From: an uncultured Clostridia bacterium
Lineage (GTDB): Bacteria; Bacillota; Clostridia; Christensenellales; UBA1242
Reading direction: 5' to 3'
Assembly (NCBI GenBank): GCA_944372585.1
Contig: CALVZQ010000003.1
Span: 93,467-157,466 of the forward strand
Length of the DNA stretch: 64,000 nucleotides
Shown: in pieces, positions 50,130 through 59,198 of the stretch
Position numbering within the stretch: the stretch's first letter is position 1
Layout of the letters: the number at the start of each line of letters is the position of its first letter
Translations under genes and position numbers: made by a program
Notes under the pieces: model-generated
What the model saw: only the letters and a program-made list of their open reading frames with translations
Told to the model about the DNA's origin: nothing
The model's database searches: none

Positions 50130-50166
50130 CTTTGATATTGAAAAATTTGACATCTCCGATTTTTGC

Positions 50167-51873
50167 TTACAAACTTGTCTGTTTGTCTTTTTTCATTTTG
50201 TTTTTCAATCTGATTCTATTTTTGGAAATATTAATAATTCTCTCGTCATGAGAAATCACAACAACAATTGCTTTGTCTTTCAGTTTGTTCAAAAATTTGA
50301 TAAGTTTTGAAACATTTTTTGCGTCAAGATCGTTTGTAGGTTCGTCCAAGATGTAGACCTCAGCCTCTTTGGAAAGACACCTAACAAGATTGAATCTTCT
50401 TTTTTCTCCACCAGAAAAATTGTTTTTGAAAGAATTGGCAGAATCTTCACTTGCCAAGAAGTTATATTTTCTTTTAACCAAATCATCAACGTTAAAATAT
50501 TTTGCAAGTTTAAGTGTGGAATTGTTCAGCAGAACATCAGGATAAGCCAAATTTTCCCTTACACTTCTGTCGAAAAAATAATTTTCTTGCAAAGCGATTG
50601 AAAAACGTTCACTTTCAAAGAAAAAAGATGGGATTTCGTATTTGTCATTGACTATGAATTTCCCATGTGGATATTCATACAGTCCCAACAAACAATTCAT
50701 AATGGTTGATTTTCCGCTTCCACTTTTGCCAATAATGCAATTTATCTCTCCTTTTTTCAATGCAAAGTTGATGTTTTTGTTGCAGATTTCTCCAATTTCA
50801 ACGGTCAAGTTTTCGACATCAATTTTTTCAATCTTAATCTCTGCAGGAAGTTTGTCACATACTTCTATCAAATCTTCTTTTTTGGGAATAAGCTTATAAA
50901 TTCTGCATATCTTGATTGCCCTTTGCTGTATTGCCCCAAGAGCAAAACCAAAATTCGTGACATAACTGAATATGTTGGTTAGATATGTGAAAATAACGAT
51001 TATCGAATTGATAACAGTTGCTGTCGTCACGTTTTTGTTTATCATCAAAAACAACACGACAACAAAGCATATGGCTTGAACCAAATAAATGCCCACCCAA
51101 TACAAGATGTAAGTAACAATCCTTTTCCTTTCATTTTTATAATAAGTTGCATTGAGTTCTTTTTCAATCTCCAATTCAAGTTTCCTTGATTTAAGAAAAT
51201 TTATAAAAGGAAGATTTTCAATGATGTTCAAAGAGTTGTTGCTTGTTTTTTCGTTCAGTTTTTCAAGTTTGGAAAAAACTTTTTTGTCTCTAAACATTCT
51301 GAAATAAACAAGAAGCCCAACAAAAGTCAAAGCAACAATCAAAACTGGCAAAGTCAAGATTTCATGCGAAACAATATATACAATAGAAATCAAACAACTC
51401 AAAAGTGGAACCAAAAATTCAACAAGAGTTTTTTCAATGAATTCATAAACATTCTCACTGGCGCTTTTGATGATGTAGTTTATCTCTCCATTTGAAAGAT
51501 CCAATCGTGTGTTTTTTCTTGGCTCCAAAACAATGTCAACTGCGTGCGTATTCACTTTTCCCATCATTTTCGCTGAAAATAGTTTAATTAAGGATCTCAC
51601 TCCACTTTCAACAAATGCCGACACAAAAAAAATGGCAAACAAAATACATATCAAACCTATTGTTGACAGTTCGTCAGGGAACGTAAAAAAAATGAAAAAT
51701 GCAGGCTCACCTGACAGTTTTGACACAATGCATGTCAAGATCAATGGTGTAATAAGTGGCCTTATTGTTCGCAATGCTGACAAAAAAAACAAGGATATCA
51801 AAGAAAATCTTTCTTTTGCATTGGAGATTTTCCAAATCAGATTGAATGCACTCAAAATACCATACTTTTTCAT
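50167..51873 (-). CDS. ABC exporter (TM domain + ATPase)
   Basis: N-terminal TM helices; GKSGSGKST, FSGGEKRR, LDEPT, SH. Confidence 0.9.
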   Translation of the reverse strand: MKKYGILSAFNLIWKISNAKERFSLISLFFLSALRTIRPLITPLILTCIVSKLSGEPAFFIFFTFPDELSTIGLICILFAIFFVSAFVESGVRSLIKLFSAKMMGKVNTHAVDIVLEPRKNTRLDLSNGEINYIIKSASENVYEFIEKTLVEFLVPLLSCLISIVYIVSHEILTLPVLIVALTFVGLLVYFRMFRDKKVFSKLEKLNEKTSNNSLNIIENLPFINFLKSRKLELEIEKELNATYYKNERKRIVTYILYWVGIYLVQAICFVVVLFLMINKNVTTATVINSIIVIFTYLTNIFSYVTNFGFALGAIQQRAIKICRIYKLIPKKEDLIEVCDKLPAEIKIEKIDVENLTVEIGEICNKNINFALKKGEINCIIGKSGSGKSTIMNCLLGLYEYPHGKFIVNDKYEIPSFFFESERFSIALQENYFFDRSVRENLAYPDVLLNNSTLKLAKYFNVDDLVKRKYNFLASEDSANSFKNNFSGGEKRRFNLVRCLSKEAEVYILDEPTNDLDAKNVSKLIKFLNKLKDKAIVVVISHDERIINISKNRIRLKNKMKKDKQTSL

Positions 51874-51972
51874 TAAGCCAGTGTATCAAAAAAACATTTT
51901 GTTTGTCAACAATTCCATTGAACATACTGACATCAACAAAGATGTTTTTTTTCATCACAAACAGAATTTCTC

Positions 51973-52531
51973 TTGCACGAAAAAACAAAAAACATGAAAA
52001 TTTTTGAACAAAATTGCCCATTTTTGATTGATTGTTTTCTGCATGCAACAACTTGGAAAAAAATTTGGGGAGACAATTGGAACACGAGCAATGTGACAAT
52101 CATGGCAAGCATGTTCAACGATTGCTCCAAACTTTCCGAAGAAGGAATTGACTTATCCAAATTTAACACCGAAAATGTTGTGTATTTTGGGATATATAAA
52201 TGACACTATGCACGGATATGGCACGTTCAGAAACCGCTCCTCCTTTGTCAATATTGACCTGTCTGGTTGGAACACCGCAAGTTGCGAAAGTGCCTACAAC
52301 ATGTTTTATGGTTGTTCAAGTCTGAAAACCATAATCTATGGTGATGGTTGGAACACATCAAATGTCACAACTTTTTCAAGAATGTTTTTGTATTTCATTG
52401 ATTTTGGCATACAAACAAAATTGATTCCCTACCCTGATCAAACAAATAGTTTGTTTCCAACAGTGAAAACAAAAGAACTCTACCACAAATTAACAGAGTT
52501 CTTTTTTCATATGAAAAATCAAAGTTATTAA
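51973..52531 (+). pseudogene. Frameshifted remnant of a DUF285/BspA-type leucine-rich-repeat surface protein
   Basis: WNTSNVTIMASMFNDCSKL..IDLSKFNT in one frame and IDLSGWNT..AYNMFYGCSSL..WNTSNVT in the next; shift near ttttggga at about 52185-52191; no signal peptide or RBS. Confidence 0.75.
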
Positions 52532-52577
52532 GTTTTGCTGTTGACAATCAGATTCAGTCAAGACAACAACCTCAAAA

Positions 52578-53111
52578 TCACAACAAATCAAACAACTTTT
52601 GTTTGTATTCCTCTTCGGTTATCGCCCCACTGTCTCTGAGTTGTTTGAGTTCTTCAATCTTGCGTTTTTTCTCCTCATATTCTTGTTCTTTTGCCTTGGC
52701 CTGTTGATCTTCCATTCTTTGTTCTTGTCTGACTTCACTCTTTGTGTTCATGATGATGACATCAGGAATGAACATTGAAATGAAGAGCAAAAGCCATGAG
52801 AGCCACCCACCAAAGAAGATGATCAAAACGAAACCAGTTGCATAAAGACCTTGAGATCTTCTGAAATATTTTCCTTTCTTACGGACTGAGTAGAGCAGAA
52901 AAATGCTTCCAGCAATTCCCACTGCAAAAGAAATCACTGTGTAGAAAATGTTTGTTGAATAACTCAAAAGATAATAAAGATCTGCATAATCCTGCAAAAG
53001 AGTGGGATTTGTCATCAAAATGATTGAAAGAGTAAGACTGACAGTGACACCGATCAGATTGATGATGGCAGATGCAATAATCAAATTTCTTTTTGTTTTG
53101 TTCATATACAT
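52578..53111 (-). CDS. Membrane protein with C-terminal SHOCT domain
   Basis: Several TM segments followed by IEELKQLRDSGAITEEEYKQK. Confidence 0.85.
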   Translation of the reverse strand: MYMNKTKRNLIIASAIINLIGVTVSLTLSIILMTNPTLLQDYADLYYLLSYSTNIFYTVISFAVGIAGSIFLLYSVRKKGKYFRRSQGLYATGFVLIIFFGGWLSWLLLFISMFIPDVIIMNTKSEVRQEQRMEDQQAKAKEQEYEEKKRKIEELKQLRDSGAITEEEYKQKLFDLL

Positions 53112-53264
53112 AGTTTATGCCCTCTTTAATATAATTTTATGTCCAAGCATAAGAATCTCATATTCTCTAAAATGATAATTATGTTATCATTATGTGAAAA
53201 TATTGTCAAATTATTTTGAAAAAAAACATATTTGTTATAAAATATTCTTTGGGAGTTCAAAACA

Positions 53265-54062
53265 ATGAGGATAGAAAAAAGAACAATTGTCATCACTGGT
53301 GCATCAAGTGGGATTGGGCAAGGTCTCAAAGAAATTTTCGAGAAAAAAGGAGATGTTGTCATTGACATTTCAACAAATGGAAGAGATTATCAGTGTGATG
53401 TCGGAGACCATAAAAAACTTAAAAAAGTCTTTGATGATATATATCTCAACCATGGCGAAATTGACATGTTAATCACCTGTGCTGGCTATGGAATCAGTGG
53501 TGCCATTGAACTTTTGAAAGAAGAAGACACAAAGAAACAATTTGATGTCAACTTTTTTGGGACTGCAAACGCCTGCAAATATGTCATACCTATGATGAAA
53601 AAAAGAGGGAAGATCATCATCATTGCATCTGCAACCGCTCTTTTCCCATTGCCTTTCAAAGCATATTATTGTGCCAGCAAATCAGCAGTTGACAGTTTTG
53701 CGCAAAGTCTGAGAATGGAACTTTCTCAAACAAAAATTCAAGTCACATCAATTTGTCCTGGCGATATAAGAACCAATTTCTCCCAAAATCGCGTGAAAAT
53801 TTATGAAACAAACGAAAGATACGGAAGTTCCATAGAACTTTCAACCAAACCAACAGAGAGGACAGAAAAACGACGTATGTCACCTGAATATGCCATCAAA
53901 AAGATATACAAAGTTTGTGAAAAAAGCCATTTGAAACCTAGATATATAATTGGAAAACAATACAAATTTTTCAATATCTGCAGACATCTTTTCTCGACAA
54001 ATTTGATTGATAAATGTTTGATTAAAATATTCTATAAAAAAGATAATAAAAAGAAAAAGTAA
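53265..54062 (+). CDS. SDR family oxidoreductase
   Basis: TGASSGIG, CAGYG, YCASK, CPGD. Confidence 0.92.
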   Translation: MRIEKRTIVITGASSGIGQGLKEIFEKKGDVVIDISTNGRDYQCDVGDHKKLKKVFDDIYLNHGEIDMLITCAGYGISGAIELLKEEDTKKQFDVNFFGTANACKYVIPMMKKRGKIIIIASATALFPLPFKAYYCASKSAVDSFAQSLRMELSQTKIQVTSICPGDIRTNFSQNRVKIYETNERYGSSIELSTKPTERTEKRRMSPEYAIKKIYKVCEKSHLKPRYIIGKQYKFFNICRHLFSTNLIDKCLIKIFYKKDNKKKK

Positions 54063-54102
54063 TCATTTTTATCATCAGCAAAAAAACAAATATCAACCAT
54101 TT

Positions 54103-54138
54103 AATTCCCTTTAAAACACGAATAAAGGGGAATTTTTT
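54103..54138. terminator. Terminator between convergent genes
   Basis: aattcccttta / taaaggggaatt stem followed by T-tract. Confidence 0.7.
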
Positions 54139-54188
54139 ATTATATTTACTATTTTTTATTTTTTAAATATTTATTAAATTAAATTTAA

Positions 54189-54914
54189 TTATTTATTTTT
54201 TGACAAATAAATCAAAAATTCAACATTTCCATCTCCACCTTTAATTGGAGAAGGAATCAAACCTTTTTTAACAAATCCAAATTTCTCAAAACACTCTGAA
54301 ATATTTTTTATGATTTTCTCATGCATTTTGGCATCTTTGACAATGCCTTTGTGTTTTCTTGCATAGTCCAAGCCACACTCAAACTGAGGCTTAATCAAAG
54401 CCACAACCTCAACATGATTGAAATCATTTGCAAGTTTTGGAATAAGTTTTGTCAAACTCACGAAAGAAACATCAATAACAACCACCTGCACATCAGAAAT
54501 TTTTTCTTTTGGCAGTTGAAGATAATTGGTCTTTTCAAGATTGATAACTTTGGCATTATTTTTTATTTTTTCATCAAGCTGTCCTTCCCCTGTGTCCACT
54601 GCATAAATTTTTCGAGCTCCAGCCTGCAAACAAACATCAGAAAAACCACCCGTTGATGCCCCAATGTCCAACACGACCTTATCCTTCAAATCTATCTCAA
54701 AATTCTCAATTGCACTTTGAAGTTTAAATCCTCCACGAGAAACAAATTCGAAAGGTAAGGCAGAAATTTCACTCCCTTCTTCGCATTCAAAAGATGGCTT
54801 CATGACAGTTTTTCCATTCACAGTCACTCTGCCCATTTCAACCGCCTGTTTGCTTTTCTCCCTTGAAGAGTAAAAACCCTTTTCAAACAAAATCACATCA
54901 ATTCTTTTTTTCAT
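54189..54914 (-). CDS. tlyA: TlyA family rRNA 2'-O-methyltransferase
   Basis: S4 domain, FVSRGGFKL, DIGASTGGF, DVSFVSL, LIKPQFE, GGDGNVEF. Confidence 0.96.
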   Translation of the reverse strand: MKKRIDVILFEKGFYSSREKSKQAVEMGRVTVNGKTVMKPSFECEEGSEISALPFEFVSRGGFKLQSAIENFEIDLKDKVVLDIGASTGGFSDVCLQAGARKIYAVDTGEGQLDEKIKNNAKVINLEKTNYLQLPKEKISDVQVVVIDVSFVSLTKLIPKLANDFNHVEVVALIKPQFECGLDYARKHKGIVKDAKMHEKIIKNISECFEKFGFVKKGLIPSPIKGGDGNVEFLIYLSKNK

Positions 54915-55017
54915 AAAACCATTCTATCACAAAAAGAGACAATAGCAAAGAAATTTTTCTTTCAAAATCAAGAACATCATTGCAATTTTAACATAGAATG
55001 ATAATGGAGGCAAACAC

Positions 55018-55221
55018 ATGAAGTACTCAACAAAATATATGACAGGTTGCTGTCAAGATTTGCGTCCATTCAGTTGTGGTTGCTGTCCACAACAGCCACC
55101 ACCATCACCTTGCTGTTGTCCTCCACCATGTCCCCCTCAATGTGGTTGGAACAATTGCAATTGTGAAAATAATTTACTATATTTCATGGTTGGTTATCTC
55201 ATAGCAAAAAACAATCAATAA
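55018..55221 (+). CDS. Small Cys/Pro-rich protein, possibly spore coat
   Basis: GGAGG RBS; CGCCPQQPPPSPCCCPPPCPPQC; downstream terminator; sigma-K-like promoter upstream. Confidence 0.7.
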   Translation: MKYSTKYMTGCCQDLRPFSCGCCPQQPPPSPCCCPPPCPPQCGWNNCNCENNLLYFMVGYLIAKNNQ

Positions 55222-55261
55222 ACACAAAAGAAAAGTCATAAATAATCCAAGAGATAATCAC

Positions 55262-55294
55262 AAAAAGAGAGCAAGGTTTTCTTGCTCTCTTTTT
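55262..55294. terminator. Bidirectional intrinsic terminator
   Basis: aaaaagagagcaag-gtttt-cttgctctcttttt. Confidence 0.88.
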
Positions 55295-55365
55295 ATAAAT
55301 TATCAGAATTATGTATATTTATACACTTATACTAATTTTTATTCACAAACAAAAAAAGAAGATGA

Positions 55366-57141
55366 TTAAAGTTCATCTTCCCATTTTTGAATATACTCTT
55401 CACAAGCGGAGAATGCTTGATCAAATGTTTCTGGTTTTGTCAAATCGCAATCGGCAATTTTCAACAGTGAAATAGGGTCTGCACTGCAACCAGAAGACAA
55501 AAATTTGAGATATTTCTTTGCAAAATCTTTTTTGCTTAAAAGGTCATGTGAAATTTTGATTGCACAAATAAGTCCAGTTGCATATTTATACACATAAAAA
55601 CTTCTGAAGAAGTGTGGTATTCTTGCCCATTCATATTTCATCTCTGGAATTTGTTTAACTTTGCTCCCATGATAGAAATTGTTCAACTCTTCATATTTTT
55701 CACACAACAATTCTGGTGAAAGAGGATTTTCTTTTTCATATTCCGCATGAGCAAACTCTTCAAATTCAGAAAACATTGTTTGTCTGAAGATTGAAGAACG
55801 CATTTGTTTGAGAAAATGGTCATAATAATAAATTCTCTCTTTCTTGGTTTTTGCACGATTTAAAAGCAATCTCAAAAGCAACATTTCATTGACATTGCTT
55901 GCAACCTCTGCAACAAAAATCACATAATTTGATGTCTGAATTGGTTGATGCTTTTCAGAATAGTATGTGTGCATAGCATGACCCAATTCATGAGCCAAAG
56001 TGAACACACTTTCAAGATTTCCTTCAAAGTTTGTCAAAACGACAGGGTTGGCTCCATATGTTCCCGTTGAAAATGCTCCACTTGATTTGTTTTTGTTTGG
56101 GAAAACATCAATCCAACGCTCGTTTTTTGCCCTGTCAATCAAAGAAACATACTCATCGCCCAAAACAGCAACTGCCTCTTTGATTAACTCAATTGCCTCG
56201 TCATAGGTGTAAGTTTTATCAATCTCTTCAACAACTGGTGCAAAAGTGTCATAGATTGCAAATTGGTCAAGGTTCAACATCTTGCGTTTAACTTCAAAAT
56301 ATCTTTGCAAAAGACCAACATTTTCTCTGACCTTTTCAATCAATAGTCTATAAACATTCTCATCTGCCTCTTCATTGTAGATTGATGCTGAGAGAGCAGA
56401 ATTATATTTTCTTATTTTTGCAAAAATGCAATCTTCTTTGACATCATTGATATAGTTATTTGCAAGGAAATTAATAAATTCTCCATGTTTTCCATTGATT
56501 TGCCTGAAAGCATTTTCTCTCAAAACTCTGTCCTTGCTCTCAGCATAAACAGAATATTTTGATTGATTAAATTCATATTCTTTTCCCTTGCTGTCTTTGA
56601 TGTTGTCAAACTTTAAATCAACATCAGTGAATTTATCAAAATTATTTGAGAATCCACCCAAAAATTCTCCAAGTTGTGAAATCAAAAGTTCTTCTTTCTT
56701 GCTTAATGTGTGCTTTTTCTCTCTCAAAACAGATTCAAAATATCTCACGTAATTTTTAAATTTCTTATTTGCCTGCAAAGCTTTCAATTTTTCATCTTTA
56801 AACTTGCTGATTTCCACATCAACAAAAGAAGTTGCGGTTGAAAATTTGGAGATAACAAGCCCCATTTTTTCGTTCATTTCGTTTGCAACCCTGTCTGAAT
56901 TATCTTCGCTTAATTTCAAACTTGCATAAACAGCCAAAAGTGAAAGTTCTTTGTCTATCTTTGTTTCAAGTTCCAAACATTCAAACAACATTTCATCGTC
57001 AGCAAGTTTGCCTTCAAATTTCTTAAAATCTCCGGTTCTGCCAGCAATTTTGTCCAATCTTTTATAGAAATCGTCAACGCTTTTGCAATAGTTTGACAGA
57101 TCCCATTTATATCTCTCTTCAATTTCACTTCTTGATTTCAT
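55366..57141 (-). CDS. pepF: Oligoendopeptidase F (M3B)
   Basis: ERWIDV, TLAHELGHAMH, FVAEVAS, WARIPHF, YVYKYATG. Confidence 0.97.
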   Translation of the reverse strand: MKSRSEIEERYKWDLSNYCKSVDDFYKRLDKIAGRTGDFKKFEGKLADDEMLFECLELETKIDKELSLLAVYASLKLSEDNSDRVANEMNEKMGLVISKFSTATSFVDVEISKFKDEKLKALQANKKFKNYVRYFESVLREKKHTLSKKEELLISQLGEFLGGFSNNFDKFTDVDLKFDNIKDSKGKEYEFNQSKYSVYAESKDRVLRENAFRQINGKHGEFINFLANNYINDVKEDCIFAKIRKYNSALSASIYNEEADENVYRLLIEKVRENVGLLQRYFEVKRKMLNLDQFAIYDTFAPVVEEIDKTYTYDEAIELIKEAVAVLGDEYVSLIDRAKNERWIDVFPNKNKSSGAFSTGTYGANPVVLTNFEGNLESVFTLAHELGHAMHTYYSEKHQPIQTSNYVIFVAEVASNVNEMLLLRLLLNRAKTKKERIYYYDHFLKQMRSSIFRQTMFSEFEEFAHAEYEKENPLSPELLCEKYEELNNFYHGSKVKQIPEMKYEWARIPHFFRSFYVYKYATGLICAIKISHDLLSKKDFAKKYLKFLSSGCSADPISLLKIADCDLTKPETFDQAFSACEEYIQKWEDEL

Positions 57142-57150
57142 GTCGTCCCC

Positions 57151-57846
57151 CTATCTTACAAAATATTTTTCCATTCTAAAGTTCTTCCATGGCTGTTTTT
57201 CCATATCTGGACATGCCATGAAAACCATTCTCTCTTTTGTAGTTGGGTGATTGAAAGCAAGTTTCCCTGCCCAAAGACCTAATTTTGAAGTCACACCCTT
57301 TTCTTTGCCATACTTAACATCTCCAACAAGTGGGAAGCCAATGTTTGCAAGTTGCAATCTGATTTGGTGACTTCTTCCGGTCAAAATTTTGACTTCCAAA
57401 AGACTTTCCTTGCCATTGTCCTCCAAAACATTATAGACAAGTTCTGCTTTTTTAGCCCCTTTTTCTGACATTGGAACAACTTTCACAATGTTTTCTTTTT
57501 CATCTTTCTTCAAATAATTGACAAGCTTTTGAGTTTTAATCTTCACAACGCCTTTTGTGACCGCATAATAGACCTTTTCCACTTCATGAGTTGAAAATTG
57601 TTCTGAAAGTCTTTTTGCTGATTTGGAGTTGCGTGCAAAGACCATGATTCCACCTGTTGGACGATCAAGTCTGTGCACAAGTCCAATGAAAGCTTCGCCT
57701 TCTTTGTTATACTTTTCTTTGACATAAGCTTTGACCATTGAAAGCATATCTTCATCATTGCTTTCGTCAGGCATAGTTGGAACATTTTGTGGTTTGATCA
57801 CAACCACAATTTGATTATCTTCATATAAAACTGTCAGTTTTTCCAT
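57151..57846 (-). CDS. RluA family pseudouridine synthase
   Basis: LVHRLDRPTGG, TGRSHQIR, PLVGD.KYG. Confidence 0.95.
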   Translation of the reverse strand: MEKLTVLYEDNQIVVVIKPQNVPTMPDESNDEDMLSMVKAYVKEKYNKEGEAFIGLVHRLDRPTGGIMVFARNSKSAKRLSEQFSTHEVEKVYYAVTKGVVKIKTQKLVNYLKKDEKENIVKVVPMSEKGAKKAELVYNVLEDNGKESLLEVKILTGRSHQIRLQLANIGFPLVGDVKYGKEKGVTSKLGLWAGKLAFNHPTTKERMVFMACPDMEKQPWKNFRMEKYFVR

Positions 57847-58676
57847 ATTTTCACCCCACTTGCACCACAAGGTAAAATCAAACCTTCTTCAGTTGGCAGT
57901 CCAATTTCATCGGCTTCAACATTTTCATGTCCAAAAACACATTTCAGGATGTTTGCAATCACAGTTGGTTGAAGTCCAGTTGTGTATGAATTGATAAGCA
58001 CGAACAATGGTTTGTCAGAAAGGACTTTTTTTGTAAGTCCCACAAAATCAGCCAAGTTGTCTTCCAATTTCCACATCTCACCACTTGGCCCACGACCATA
58101 ACTTGGCGGATCCATTATGATTGCGTCATAAGTGTTTCCTCTGCGAATTTCTCTTTCGATAAATTTTCCGCAGTCATCAACAATAAATCTGATGTTGGAA
58201 ATTCCATTTAATTTTGCATTTTCTTTTGCTCTTTCGACCATGCCTTTGCTGGCATCAATGTGTGTCACACTCGCTCCTGCTTTGGAACAAGCCACAGATG
58301 CACCACCGGTGTAAGCAAAAAGATTCAAAATTTTGACTGGCCTTTTTGCCTGTTGAATGAGATTCATCATCATTTCCCAGTTTACAGCCTGTTCTGGAAA
58401 AATTCCCGTATGTTTAAAGCCCATAGGTTTGACAATAAACTTCAAATCTTTCCATTCAATTTTCCACTGCTCAGGAATTGTTTTGTTATAGTGCCAAAGT
58501 CCGCCGCCGTCTTTACGTTCATAATAGGCATCAACATTCCTTTTCAAATCTCTTTTTGCATGCCAAATCACTTGTGGGTCAGGTCTGAGAAGAGTAATTC
58601 CCGCCCAACTTTCAAGTTTTTCGCCATCACCAGTCGCCAAAACCCTGTAATCTTTCCAACTATTCGCAACTCTCAT
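57834..58676 (-). CDS. Class I SAM-dependent (RlmI/RlmK-like) methyltransferase
   Basis: HTGIFPEQ, LNLFAYTG, DPPSYG. Confidence 0.9.
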   Translation of the reverse strand: MRVANSWKDYRVLATGDGEKLESWAGITLLRPDPQVIWHAKRDLKRNVDAYYERKDGGGLWHYNKTIPEQWKIEWKDLKFIVKPMGFKHTGIFPEQAVNWEMMMNLIQQAKRPVKILNLFAYTGGASVACSKAGASVTHIDASKGMVERAKENAKLNGISNIRFIVDDCGKFIEREIRRGNTYDAIIMDPPSYGRGPSGEMWKLEDNLADFVGLTKKVLSDKPLFVLINSYTTGLQPTVIANILKCVFGHENVEADEIGLPTEEGLILPCGASGVKIWKN

Positions 58677-58685
58677 TCTTTCTCC

Positions 58686-59195
58686 TTATTTCAAAATTTC
58701 TGCAACCCAGTCCTTATAACTTTTGTCATGATTGCAAAATTCATCTGAATACAAAAGTTTTATAAAATCATCATAAGAAAGCCACTTCACACATTCAACT
58801 TCTTCTTTCTGCAAAGTCATTTCATCTTCAGTCAAGTCAGAGTATAAGAGATAAACCTGAACCAATTCCCAACCTTTTGTGTTGACAAATTGCTTAAGAA
58901 AAATGAAATCTTCTTCCTTTGCATCAATGCCCAGTTCTTCTTTTGTTTCTCTGACACAACCTTGTAAACACGTTTCTCCAGCATCAACATGTCCCGCTGA
59001 TGGCATATCCCATTTTCCAGGGCTTTTCTTTTTCGTCATTGCTCTTTTTTGCACAAGGATTTCTCCTTTGTGATTTTTTATCCAAATCCAAACTGGTTTA
59101 TGAAAACAATTCGGATTTTCTGAATGACAAAAACTTTTAGTTTCAACACCTAAAAAATTTCCATCTATGTCAAAGGTATCAAACAATTCTTCCAT
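58686..59195 (-). CDS. NUDIX hydrolase (Idi-like subfamily)
   Basis: LVQKRA..K..PGKWD, GHVDAGETCLQGCVRETKEELGI. Confidence 0.9.
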   Translation of the reverse strand: MEELFDTFDIDGNFLGVETKSFCHSENPNCFHKPVWIWIKNHKGEILVQKRAMTKKKSPGKWDMPSAGHVDAGETCLQGCVRETKEELGIDAKEEDFIFLKQFVNTKGWELVQVYLLYSDLTEDEMTLQKEEVECVKWLSYDDFIKLLYSDEFCNHDKSYKDWVAEILK

Positions 59196-59198
59196 ATT

